Shown here in pieces: positions 1 through 11,617 of a stretch of 64,000 bases of DNA. Origin of the DNA: Azolla caroliniana (lineage: Eukaryota; Plantae; Polypodiophyta); contig JBHGNT010000021.1 in NCBI GenBank assembly GCA_043228905.1, positions 12,090,001 through 12,154,000 of the forward strand. Reading direction: 5' to 3'. Under the pieces are notes generated by a model. That model saw only the letters and a list, made by a program, of their open reading frames with translations. It had not been told where the DNA came from and ran no database searches. The translations under genes were made by a program, and so were the position numbers. Numbering within the stretch: position 1 is the stretch's first letter; each line of letters opens with the position of its first letter.

Positions 1-1454
1 AAATCCACAATCTCTTCCAGCTCCTTCCTTATATCACCTAAGCCAGCCACATCCTCGAATTTCACATCAGCACCAAGATCAAGATATTTCGGGCGCTTTC
101 CTTTGGCTCGGCGAACACGAGCACCCGAGCGCATGAACCGCAAACCCATCTGGAGTTGAGGATTCTGTGCTTCTTCTTCCTTCTTTTTCTTTTCTTCTGC
201 ACTAAGTTCATCGTTTTTCCATCCTTGTACCACAGTTGCCGCCTCTGAGACGTCCAACTCATCCTCCCATTCTCTCATTTTCTTTCTCTCCTCATCTTCA
301 GCCTGCTCAATCTTCACCCGATCCTCATAATCCTTCTTTTGCTTCTTCACTCCAAGGACTATGGTCTGGTAGAACAGCCAGAAAAAGAAGATCCCCATGA
401 CGAACCTAAAGCCCTCGCTGCGAGTGGCTGTAGTACACCACTGATTCCACGACTCAGCCGCTTGCTGCTGCTGCAACAACTTATCACTCTGGATTTGCTT
501 ACTTTCAGCCTCCTTCCTTATCTTCTCTTGCGATTCTTTCTCTCTCATGATTCGCAGCTTCTCCTCCCTTTCAGCCCGTATTTGCATGAGTTTCTGATTC
601 TTCAATTCGTCTTCTTGCGCCCGTCTTTCCATCTCCAATTCATTCTTCGCCTTTCGAAGCTCCTCTAACCTAGTGTTAGTTTTCGATTTTTGTGCCTTTG
701 CGGGTTTCTGTTTCTTCTTCTGCTGCTGCTGTTGTTGTTCCATCTTTTTGGTTTTCGATGCCAGTGCCTGGCTCCAGAATGGTATTTCGACCCCTTTCCA
801 CGGGGCCTCAGGCACAGGCAAAGGCGGTGTGAAAGCATTGATAACATACTGCTCAAGCTTCATCTCCTTCCAAGAGCTCCAAAACCTCTCATCTCTATCT
901 AATGGAGGGAACATTGTCCTCACCACTCTGTCATCATCTAGGACAACAAAACCCACCAGTGGTTTTTTCCTCAGAGAAGCATGGGGATGCTTTATGATGT
1001 ATTTGATCTTCCCCTGCTGATTCAAATCCAGAACCTCAGTATATGCAATCTTCTCCTCTATTAAAGGGAGACCTCGAGCCCACTCAAACCTCTCTTCCAC
1101 GGGCATCAATTCAACGACTTCTTCTCTCTTACCTGTAGGAGCTTCCTTCTTCGTTCTCTCGAGATTCTTCGTAGCCGTCGACGTCTTCCCTCCAGGGATA
1201 GGGAGGGTGAAGATGAGGGCGGCGACCGTGGCAGCCGCGCCCGCCACTTTCAACACAGTCGCGGCACGCAGGTACTCCCGCTGTTGCTTCTTCCCTTCTT
1301 CTTCCTGCAGCGCATTGCAGATAGTCAAGGGGATCCGAGGGGAGCTGCTGCTGGTGGGTGCGTGGGAGAAGAGCCGGGGAGCAGCATTGGCAGGGAACCC
1401 TAAACCTAACCCTAACCCTAACCTCAGAGAGAGAGCTGTGGGGAGGCAATCCAT
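1..1454 (-). CDS. FTSHI2: Chloroplast FtsH-inactive protein 2 (EMB2083 orthologue), 5' part; continues beyond window start
   Basis: Manual translation gives an uninterrupted frame from ATG 1454 to the window edge. It begins with a transit-peptide-like MDCLPTALSLRLGLGLGLGFPANAAPRLFS, then ARGLPLIEEKIAYTEVLDL..VVLDDDRVVRTMFPPL..FW..W..VINAFTPP, a coiled coil, a TM segment (FVMGIFFFWLFYQTIVLGV) and NPQLQMGLRFMRSGARVRRAKGKRPKYLDLGADVKFEDVAGLGDIRKELEEIVDF. This matches remembered Arabidopsis FtsHi2 just before the AAA domain. Confidence 0.9.
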   Translation of the reverse strand, partial: MDCLPTALSLRLGLGLGLGFPANAAPRLFSHAPTSSSSPRIPLTICNALQEEEGKKQQREYLRAATVLKVAGAAATVAALIFTLPIPGGKTSTATKNLERTKKEAPTGKREEVVELMPVEERFEWARGLPLIEEKIAYTEVLDLNQQGKIKYIIKHPHASLRKKPLVGFVVLDDDRVVRTMFPPLDRDERFWSSWKEMKLEQYVINAFTPPLPVPEAPWKGVEIPFWSQALASKTKKMEQQQQQQKKKQKPAKAQKSKTNTRLEELRKAKNELEMERRAQEDELKNQKLMQIRAEREEKLRIMREKESQEKIRKEAESKQIQSDKLLQQQQAAESWNQWCTTATRSEGFRFVMGIFFFWLFYQTIVLGVKKQKKDYEDRVKIEQAEDEERKKMREWEDELDVSEAATVVQGWKNDELSAEEKKKKEEEAQNPQLQMGLRFMRSGARVRRAKGKRPKYLDLGADVKFEDVAGLGDIRKELEEIVD

Positions 1455-1488
1455 GGGGATATGTGGCGTGGATGCAGGCGACGACGAG

Positions 1489-1560
1489 CCCTCCTCCTCC
1501 TCCTCCTCCTCCTCCCCTAATTCAGAATCAGAAGAGGAAGAGGAAGAGGAAGAGGAAGAG
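1489..1560. repeat. (TCC)n and (GAAGAG)n microsatellites in the FtsHi2 5' flank/UTR
   Basis: Directly visible simple repeats. Confidence 0.85.
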
Positions 1561-1886
1561 TGCTTCTTCCCTCCTCTCAGAGAACATTATCTAAAATCCA
1601 TGTATGTATGTTAATGTATGTATGTATGTAATATGTATTATGTACATATACATACCCATTCCCAAACTCCCACCCAAGCAAAGTCAGTCACTTAATACTT
1701 TTGAGGGTAGTGTCCAATGTCACTGGGGCTTTGGAAGCCAAGCAAGAAAGAGAGAGCAGAAACACATCATTCATGCCCTTCCTTCGGGTCATGTCCTCTG
1801 TCGGGTCTCTCCGTCCCAGCCCAGTTGATGGGGATGTTTTTACCCGAGGATGTTTCTTCAGGTCCAAGCCCCATGTCTTTGTGCCT

Positions 1887-1912
1887 TGTGTGTGTGTGTG
1901 TGTGTGTGTGTG
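1887..1912. repeat. (TG)13 microsatellite
   Basis: Directly visible. Confidence 0.9.
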
Positions 1913-3049
1913 AAGAAATAACTTGAATGTAGGATGGGAGTAAAGTAGCGCTGCTTTTTTACCACCTCATGTTTCTTACGCTTCCTTGCACAATCGACTC
2001 CTGTTGGTTGAATGGTTGCTTTAGTCCTGCTCTTCGAGAAGCATCAGCGCTATTGAGGAAATAAAGTATCCCTGACTATCATCTATATTCATTTAGGCAC
2101 AATGTAGAAAACTTTATTTTATTTTCGCCATTATGGTGGGTGAATAATGTCACTACAACTATACATGTGGTTGAGCCCCATGGAGCTGCCATGTATGTCA
2201 AACTCGAAGTTTTTAAAACACCAATTATGCTAAAACAAAAACATGATTGTGAACATCATGTCACATGTGTAGATGGATATTGTCTAATATGCTTTCTTAT
2301 CCATTTCTCCCTTGTTTATCTAAAGCTTATTATGTGATTGGTTTGGGATTTCATTTGTAAATTTATTCTCGTGAATAACTTATTTACGATCACAAAATAC
2401 ATTCTTCTCAATTCTTTACTCATAACTCGACATTTTGATGAACATGTGGGGTCTTTGCAAAAGGATTTGATCCCACCGCATACTTACAAATTACTTCCAT
2501 TAGCTACAAAACTCAATGAATATATATTGACATGAGCTTTCAAAATCTCATGATATCCTCTCTTCCAAAATGCAAATGGATGTTGAGATGAAGGATGATA
2601 AACCTAGTGAACTTTCCTTTGTTGTAAAGCCATTTATGACGGAAAGAAAAGAAGAACAAATGAAGTAATTGGGAGTCACACTTTGAGCTTCAACCTAAGA
2701 TTTATTGTTGTTATGAACATATACCAAAACTCCAAACTCAAACCCATAACCTCTTCAATGAAGATGTGCAACCTCAACCAGTAGGATAGATTAGATTACA
2801 TATATTATTTTTTAACTCATCTACACAAGTTTTGATTAAGCATTCCGGTTCACCAACATATTCTTATTGTTAATAATTTATCAATCTCCTCTTATTTCTC
2901 TCTCATTTCTCTCATATTTTCCACTGCTCATTCTCTTCTTCACTTAAACTTGTCCTTGATTAATGGCCCTCCCAATTTGAACCAGAATACAAGCATTCTT
3001 CATTCTTTTTCTTTTTACAAGGAACTTCTTATCCTATCATCTCGTAGCC

Positions 3050-4402
3050 ATGACAACAATAAGTGAACAAGAATATATGTATGTTCTATGTGATCTTGAA
3101 CACTTGGAGTAGGAGAACCATAAGTGAATGCTGAGAAATCTCAACAACACAAGGAATTAACTCATGGGAATCACCAACTTGAAGTGGCACTAGTAACTTT
3201 GCGGCAACAAGTTGTGCAAGCATCAAATTCACCAATAGAACCTAAGATAAGTCTCCCATCAAAGTTTGATGGTACTCAGTCACAATTTGAGGATTTCTAA
3301 ACCAGGTACGTCTAGTATTACAAATGCATCACACTCGATACCCAATAGATTTAGCATGAGTAGGGTTGGTCGGGACTTTATTGGTTGGTACAGTGCTAGC
3401 TTGGTTTGTATCATTACTCAAGAAAAGGTCCCCCATTTTGGATAAATTTGATGAGTTTATTAAAGAGTTTCAAGCTTGTTTTGGAGTTATTGATAGTGTG
3501 AGAACTACAATTAATAAGATTCGAAGCTATGACAAGGAGATCACCTAGCCTCGGCTTATGCAACTGATTTTTGCCTCTTGCATGTGACATCCCTTGGAAC
3601 AAAGAGGCATTGATGGATCAATTTTGAAAAGGACTTCATAATAATGTGAAAGACCTACTTCTCACATTTCATAAAGATCCTAAATCCTCAATGAGGTGAT
3701 TAGTCGAGTTATATTATGTGACAACAGTCTATTTGAGCGACGTTTTGAGTGTCAACAATGATCTTGGCCTCGACCAAAGCAAACATATGCATCGGTGACA
3801 ATGTTACCATCATTTGGAAAGGTAAAGGCACCTACCCCTAACTCAATAGGTGACCCAACTCCAATGGAAATCAACACTACATGTTGTAGAGGATCTTTAA
3901 TAGAAACTGAAAAGTAGAGAAGGCGGGTGAACTATCTATGTCTATATTCTGGTGGCCCATGACATGTAGCGATAAATTGTCTTCATCAACCTAGGCATCA
4001 AGTTAACTAAGTAAGTGCTAGTACTAAATCTGATCTTGATTCTCTAGATGCATCTAGCAATCCTAGTAGCCCTACACCTTCAAATCAGTTTGAAGTGCTT
4101 AGCTAACTAGATGAAATGTTAAAAGAGTAAATCTAGCCAATATAGGAGCTATTTGGTTGGATAACCCAGAATTTGTAAGTAGGTCTATATTAATGAAGCC
4201 ATTCATCAAATCGACTTAGTAGGGTTTTTATTGCACATGTTGAACTTAGTACCTCTAGATGTCGTCGTATCTTTGCCTATGCTCTCTTAGATCCAGGAGC
4301 CAACTCTTGTTTTATGGATCGAGACTTTGCCTTGACACATAATATCTTATTAAAAACACTCAATTTGTCCAATATTGGCACAGTCATAGATGGCTGACTT
4401 AT
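3050..4402 (+). pseudogene. Decayed Ty3/Gypsy gag + protease remnant (chromovirus, Tcn1/sushi-like), interrupted by element A
   Basis: PKISLPSKFDG..LNQVRL gag motif, PTPMEI, degenerate zinc knuckle CLYSGGP*HVAINC and protease ALLDPGANSCFMD..VIDG; many stops; cut off at the LTR start near 4403. Confidence 0.75.
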
Positions 4403-5315
4403 CGTTAGGGTTTTGTCCCTCCTAATGGGAGAAGTCGGAAATCGAATTAGAGGACTCAACATGCCGAATTCAGGATGGTCGATCAGATCGACCGACAAGT
4501 CGACTTGGTGGTCAACAGTTTTAAGGAAATGGAGAGTCAACTATGATAGTTGTAGTCAACAGTATTGGATAGATGATCCAAGTGAAAGACTAAGTAGACT
4601 AGTCGGGCTAGTCAGATGTTTGAAGGAGAAGTCGACAATGGGAGTCGACTGGTCGAATCAACTAGATTGTCGACTTGTGGGTCGGACAATCGATTGATTA
4701 ATTATTAATATAATAATTAATAATAACATATTTCCTTCTATAAATATGTTAAGTTAGGTCAAAAATTGTTGTAGAGGTAGAAGGTGTAGACTAGAATATA
4801 TAGCAATACAGAGTAACAAAGAGAGTGTGCGAGACGCGAGAGAGCTTGTGTGGTGGCACAGTTTAATGGTGTTGGCCGATTAGGCCAAAGTATGAAAGAG
4901 GAGCTAGTTTTGGGATAAAGGGAGTTGTAATTAGAATTAATTATTATAATGATAAGATCGGACGAACAGACTCGTAATCGGCATGCCGATCCGGATCCGA
5001 ACCGGTTCGTAGCCGGTTGCCGGTTGGCACCGGTTTGTAACACAATCGGATACCTATAAAAGGATCCGGATATGTTGTAACTAGAGATGGATAATTAATA
5101 GAGAAGTGATGCTATTTTCATATATTGTTTATCCTATCATTTCCGTTCTATGCTTAATGATGTTGATCCTACGCGTGTAACTAATCGATCCGAATAACAA
5201 TTGGAGAGGATCGGTTTTGTGTTACGGTCTTCCCATTCCTTACCATACCACCCCTTTGGTGAAGTGTTCCGGAAGGACACCCTGTGTTAGTGGCTTGTCC
5301 AGCCCAGGATTAACA
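4403..5315 (+). repeat. 5' LTR of element A
   Basis: 3' half is homologous to the LTRs of A2 (22825-23282); (C/T)GTTAG start is inferred; followed by the PBS. Confidence 0.75.
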
Positions 5316-5369
5316 CAGTTTTGGTGACCATGATTCCTGCAAAAAATAGTGAACAACGGGGGAATAGAT

Positions 5370-8300
5370 GACTAGACCAACGAACAACCAAGTTGTCGAA
5401 CGAGCAAAAAGACTGGCCGAGAGACTACGGAAGTGGGAGGCTTACCATCATGCGACAGAGGAAATCCGTGCAGATTGGTCTTTTTCTAGGGTGATTCAGC
5501 GGGTCGCGGAGGAGTCACTCCAATTGCAATAGAACCACCACCTGGACGAAGGAAGTAGTCTGAGCAGTCTACAGGAAACAAAGTCCATTTTGTAGACACT
5601 CACTGCAAGAGATGGCGATTCAGAAGCGTTCTCCGCCATCAAATCGGAGTTGGAAGGTGAACACAACGTCCAATCGAATTATCGTAGTAGCCACCATACC
5701 CTAGACAACTCGGAAGACGACAAGTCGGACCACATACCAACATTGGAGCCAAAGACAACAAAACTGGAATCTCCGGACAAAACGACCGGCGCGGACCACC
5801 AAGAGGAGGAAGCGAGTTCTGACACCACCACCCGAGTCACCAAAGGAACAAGAGGAGCGAGTTCCGACACCACCACCCGAGTCACCGACAAAACAAGAGG
5901 AGCAAGTTCCGACACCGCCCCCGGTAGCACAAGAAGACAATGACACAATGCCTTACCAATATCCGAAGTATCGAGATGACCCGGACGTGGAAGCCCACAT
6001 ATACGTGTTTCTCCAAACATGGGAGGCAAACCATGTCTCCCAACGACTGACCGAAGCAGAGGCCGAACGATCAACGATAGTGGAATTCGGCATGACCTTG
6101 GAGGGACTGGCGGCACAATGACTGTCTAAGCACCTCCCCGACAATATTGACACATTTGAAGAGTTAAAGACAAGGTTTCTACGATTCTTCCACAGGCAAG
6201 TGGATCAAAGGGAAATTGTTGGACAATTCTATACGACACGACAGGACCCAACAGAAACCATTCAGCAATTTGTCATACGGTTCCAGGAAATGCATAGTCA
6301 ACTCACCAGAGCACCGCCGGAAGAAGAAGCGAAAACAATAATTTTGGCGTCGCTTCGGGAACCCCTCCGAACAGTGTGTGCAGTCATAGATTTTCAGACC
6401 AGCACAATAGACTAGGTCATTGACTAGGTCATGGAAATGGACAAGAATAGTTCTTGGCTAACGATGGGGCACTCGAACGAGCACTCCCTACCAGAGAGGA
6501 CCTTACGGTTTCGCCAGGCGGTCCAATGCACGACGTGCCTTAATCCCGATCACTCAACAATAGAGTGCACGATGAGATCGCAGTGCATGCTATGCCATTC
6601 CTGATCATACACAATGGACCGTTGTGTATACAACCTGCTAAATCGGCAAGTTGCACCAGTCTGGCACATCGAAACCCGTAACGACCGAGAAGATGAAGAA
6701 GAACGATTTCAGTGAGACGATTGCTACAAACCGATACAATTGGAGATTACTCCCCCGGCTACAATTGGAGATTACTCCCCCGGCTACAATTGGAGGAGAG
6801 AGGATCAACAGGGAGACTATGATGATCGACGCCGGCAAGGATATCACAACAACCAATGCTATAATAAAAAACGGAACACTCGAAAAGAGGAGCGTCGGGA
6901 ACCGACAAAGGATTACCAACGGGAGCCGAATAGAAGCATAACTAGCGCTCAATCGGAACAACGAAGAATAGAGGAGCCCAACCGGGTAGTATCCGGTTTT
7001 CGGCCGGGTAACGCGCCAAAAGCAGGGTCTAGCAATACACGAAAGGTGTATTGCTACTATTGTCGGCAGGACAGGCACTACAACAATCAGTGTCCAGTGA
7101 AGACGAACGAAAAACGGCCGGCAGTCAACATGGTGGTTGCGGAGGTGGCCGACATCCAGCAAGTCACCACCAAGTTGAAAGGGAAGATGGCCGAATGGGA
7201 GGCTCAGGAAGCTATCCGAAAACAAGGCACAAAATGGATCAAAAAAGCAAACGAACGGAATGTCACCGAACTATAGGAACAAAGGAAAACATCAGAGGAA
7301 CCCACAGAGACGATGCAACAGGAGAACCCCGCATGGCAGGCACTACGGGAATGCCAGATCATGCTACCACTAGGTCGGTTGTTGCAATTAGTGCCCCGAT
7401 TCACCGACGGTTTAAAATCAGCATTGGCCCCACCAAGCCCCGCACCGGCTCCGACGTTCTCTCAAATCCGGAAGAGGGACCCGACAGTGGTAGAAACGAG
7501 CAGTCCAACAATCACCACCATCATCAAAGGACAAGTACCGGGGACAATTGTCGATGGTGGATCGGGAGTAAATGTAGTAAGCCTACGAATCCAGGAATGG
7601 GAACCATGCTCATTTTAGCTCCAGATGGGCACCAGTTCGGTACGACCGACTGGATTGATCCGGGACTTGGAATGGACAATTAGAGGCCATGCCTTTCAGA
7701 TTTCTGCGATGGTCCTCCAGTTGAACGCACAAGGAGCATATCCTCTGTTTCTGGGACGACCATGGTTACAGACTGCTCATATTAAACAAAACTGGAAGAA
7801 GAACAATATTACGTTCTGAAGAGGGAAAACTAAGGTGAGAGTACCAACACAACCCCATGCAGGCCCAAGCAAGGAAGTAACACCGTTGTATGCTGAAAGC
7901 GTGAACATGCTGGAAGGGCTTGCTGATGAAGAAGTAGATCGATACCTCGAGGAGAACCCAAAGATAGTCCCTCTGTTTGAAGTAGACGTTGCCGAAGCGG
8001 TCTCCCCATATATTGTGCACCCGGATGATGTCGGTGAGGAGCCGGATCAGGACGCAATTTGGGATTTGCGCCAAGCACAAGAAGCCCTAAAGCGGGAGAT
8101 GGAGGTATCACAACGGGTGAAAGCATCACAGTTAGAGAGAAGTGAAATTAGGAACTGGGGAAGAAACAAGACCGGTACATGTGGCCAAAGAAATGCCACC
8201 GGAGGAGAAACTGGCAATAGTAACATTATTGAAAGAATTCCGGGATGTATTTGCATGGTCATATGAGGACATGCAAGGACTGGACCCGCAATTGTATCAA

Positions 8301-10905
8301 CACCAGATCCATTTGAGTAAGGATGCGAAACCGATAGCACAGAGACGTTACCAGATGAATCTGAATTATGCGGCTAAAGTGAAGGAGGAGATCGATAAGT
8401 TGTTGCGGGTTGGTTTCATACGGCCAGTGAAGAAGACCACTTGGTTAAGCCCGATTGTGGTAGTACCTAAGAAAAACAGAAAAATCTGGGTCTATGTAGA
8501 TTACCAGAAATTAAACGTTGCCACTGTCACCGATGCATTTCCGCTTCCGTTCACGAATGGAGTCTTGGATGTGGTGGCGGGTCACGGGGTGTATAGTTTC
8601 CTTGATGGATTTAGCGGGTATAACCAAATCAGGATGCACCCGGACGACCAGGAGAAAACAACGTTCATAACCGAATGGGGAGACTTCGTAGCGGTCGTGA
8701 TGATGTTCAGACTAAAGATGGCACCGGCAACGTTCTAATCAATCATCATGGAAATTTTCGGGGAGTTTATCCCAACGTTTATGTAGGTGTTCTTAGATGA
8801 CTTTGCGGTGTATAGCAAGAAAGGAGAACATCTTGACCATCTCCGGTTATGCTTGGAAAAATGCAAAGGTTACCGACTAAGTCCGAATCCGACAAAATGC
8901 GTATTCGGGGTAACTAGCGACACGCTACTAGGTCATATCGTTAGTAAGGATGGGATTGCAGTGGACTCGGATAAAGTTAAAGCCATTTTGGAAGCACATG
9001 CACCGACGATCGCCAAAGCTTTAAGCCGGTTTTTAGGATAGATTCAATGGCATAGCCGGATGCTCCAATACTTGGCCGACCTTGCGACACCACTACATGC
9101 AACCATACACCGTACACCCTTCCAATGGACGGAATTGGAGGATAGGGCATACCATGCGCTCAAAGTAATGTTGTCCCAGGCACCAGTGGTACAACCCCCG
9201 GATTGGTTGAAGGAATTTCATGTGTTTGTGGATGCATCTGATATTGTGATTGGTAGTGTTCTTATGCAGCTCACCGAAACGAAGTGGTACCGGCTAGTTT
9301 ACTATGCCAGTCGGAAGCTCTCCCAAGCAGAATGGAATTATTCGACAACGGAAAGGGAAGCCTTGGGAATGGTATACAGTGTAACGAAGTACCGTCATTA
9401 CTTGATGGGACGGAAATTCTCATTCCATGTGGATCATTCGGCATTGTTGTACTTGGTCTCCAAATCATCGTTAAGCGGCAAACTAGCATGATGGACGCTA
9501 CTTCTACAAGAGTTCGAATTTGAAATCTACCACAGACCGGGAGTACAACATGCAGCAGTGGATTACTTGAGCCGGTTAGAATCCGGAGAGGCAGGCGACA
9601 GAGTCCGAGACGAACTACCAAATGTGCAGCTGTTTAGGGTGACAACGGATATGTTGTACCACAAGGGAGCGGATGGTATATGGTGAAGGGCGGTCCGGAG
9701 CGATGAAAAGGACACAATTTTACGGGAAGCTCACTGTGGAGTCGTCGGAGGACACAAGGCTAGAGATGCAACAACAAGGAAGATATGGCGAAGCGGATTA
9801 TGGTGGCCTACAACACTAAAGGACTCGATGCGGTATGTAAAGGAATGCGACTTATGTCAACGAATGGGCCAACCGTTAGAGCAAGCGAGGATGCCACATC
9901 AGCGGGTGTTACCACTAGAGCCGTTTCAAAAATGGGGATTGGACTTCGTTGGACACTTCAAGCCTCCGACAATGAGGATTAGAAACCGGTATATTATTGT
10001 TGCAACGGACTACTGCACAAAGTGGGTTAAAGCAAAGGCACTCCGACATCGGCGACCAAGTTCCTATATGAGTACATCTGGTGCCGGTATGGATGTCCGA
10101 TCGAACTGATCAATGATCAAGGTGGACACTTCCTCGGACAAGTGGTGGAGATCTTAACATCATTTTATACGGTGGTGCACAAGCGGAGTACACCATGTTA
10201 TCCGCAGGCCAACGAATTGGCCGAATCCACCAACAAGACCTTGTGGAACATCCTCCAGAAAATAGTCAATGAAAACCGGACTGACTGGGACACGAAGCTG
10301 CAGAGTGCGCTATGGGCTTACCAAACTGCTTACAAGACGAGTATCCGGACAACACCATTCCGGTTAGATTTAGGATTGGAAACAGTAATGCTGATGGAGT
10401 TTCAAATTCCAAGTTTGCGGATTCAAGTCAGGGAAAGGTTAAGTGAGAAGGAATCAGAAAAAATCCGACTAACGACATTATGCGAACTAGAAGAGCACTA
10501 GATAGCTAGCGTTCTGCAGTTAGAGCTCGAGCAACGACAACGGAAAGTGTTCGTCGACCGGCACCTGAAGGGAAATGAGAAAATGTTCGGAATCGGCAAG
10601 CTAGTTCTGGTATTTTAGACTCGGATGGGCAAGATGCCGAGAAAGTTACGATTTCGGTGGACCGGACCGTACTGGATAATGCGTGAGTTCAAAGGATCAT
10701 ATCAGCTAGGAACGTTGGCCGACGAAATCTTGGAGAAGTGGGTAAAGATTTCTGACTGAAACTGTATTACGGACCAATGCCGAGGAACCCATTCAAACAA
10801 CTGGAGGACGGAGCAAGAACCGGAAGCGGTATCCGGATAGCCGACAACCAAGAGGAACCTACCACGGATCCGGTGTTGCCGGATATGATGGAAAAGGAAT
10901 AACAC
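5370..10905 (+). pseudogene. gag-pol of element A (gag, zinc knuckle, protease, RT, RNase H, integrase), fragmented
   Basis: CYYCRQDRHYNNQC; IVDGGSGVN; WLSPIVVV..FLDGFSGYNQI..FLDDF; FVDASD..YYASR..EREAL; WGLDFVG..QANELAES; multiple stops, frameshifts and deletions. Confidence 0.9.
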
Positions 10906-10959
10906 ATGTCCTTAAAGAAAAAAGAAGAAGCCATCATGCAGGGGCGAGGAGTAAATATG

Positions 10960-11617
10960 TGGCCCATGGCGCTCTTCGAGACTGCCAAGAAATGGTTTAC
11001 ACAACATGGATTGGAGGGTTTTCTCCGGATAGCAGAAGCACCTCCCCACGACGAACCGGAAAAGGTCGCAAGGAAGATCGACCTAGAGGAAATAACAGAG
11101 GAGGCTATCTACTCTATTGAGAATCCTTCCCCAGAGACGCCGACGAAGTTCTTCGACGAGTACTCCCTCGCCAGCAAAGCGTACTAGACACAAGGCGGTG
11201 ACAACGCCTTGTTCCGAGAAGTAGCTCGTGTGCTCCACGAGTATGAGTTCGTGCACCCTCGACCCCAGGCAATGCCTAAGAATAGAGTCAGGTTCATCAT
11301 TGCAACATACGAAGGGGTGAAAGTGGATTGGCCGGTAATCATCAGCGTTTCTCTTCGAGTGGCCATCCAATCCGTAGTGGATGGCAAGAAAGTATGGACA
11401 GTGGTGGCCCAATGGCTCACCCTCCTTGCACCACCAGTGCTGGCAATAAAGGCGAAGAAGCGGGGTCGAGCGACGGATGCAACGCCTAACAAGCCTTCGA
11501 AGCGGCAACAACTCCTCGCCAAGCACACTCCCGGTTGGACAGAGAGAGGATCGACACCGAAGGAAAAGGAACAGCCTAGCCGGAAGCGGCAGGCGGAGAC
11601 TGAGGCACCGGTAGAAC
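10960..11617 (+). pseudogene. Additional post-pol ORF of element A (N-terminal part), unknown function
   Basis: AKKWFTQHGLEGFL..ATYEGVKVDWPV..QWLTLLAPPV is homologous to the A2 ORF at 32075-34960. Confidence 0.75.

Larger units (their letters stand above)
4403..11617 (+). mobile_element. Element A: non-chromovirus Ty3/Gypsy retrotransposon (tRNA-Arg-type PBS) with an extra 3' ORF; 3' part displaced by Copia B
   Basis: 5' LTR ~4403-5315 ending GGATTAACA; PBS TGGTGACCATG at 5322; gag-PR-RT-RH-INT fragments; paralogous to element A2. Confidence 0.88.

Noticed and set aside
1396-1423. Interstitial telomere
   Set aside because: Only about 4 units, in frame within FtsHi2. Similar short runs at ~42422 and ~48811 are LTR telo-box-like motifs.
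1945-2055. Hairpin TAGCGCTG...CAGCGCTA as a miRNA precursor
   Set aside because: The stem is too short and the interior pairs poorly; there is no other support.
2623-3019. Possible 5' LTR of the chromovirus remnant (TGTAAAG...TTTTACA)
   Set aside because: There is no second copy, PBS or self-priming complement in the window to confirm it.
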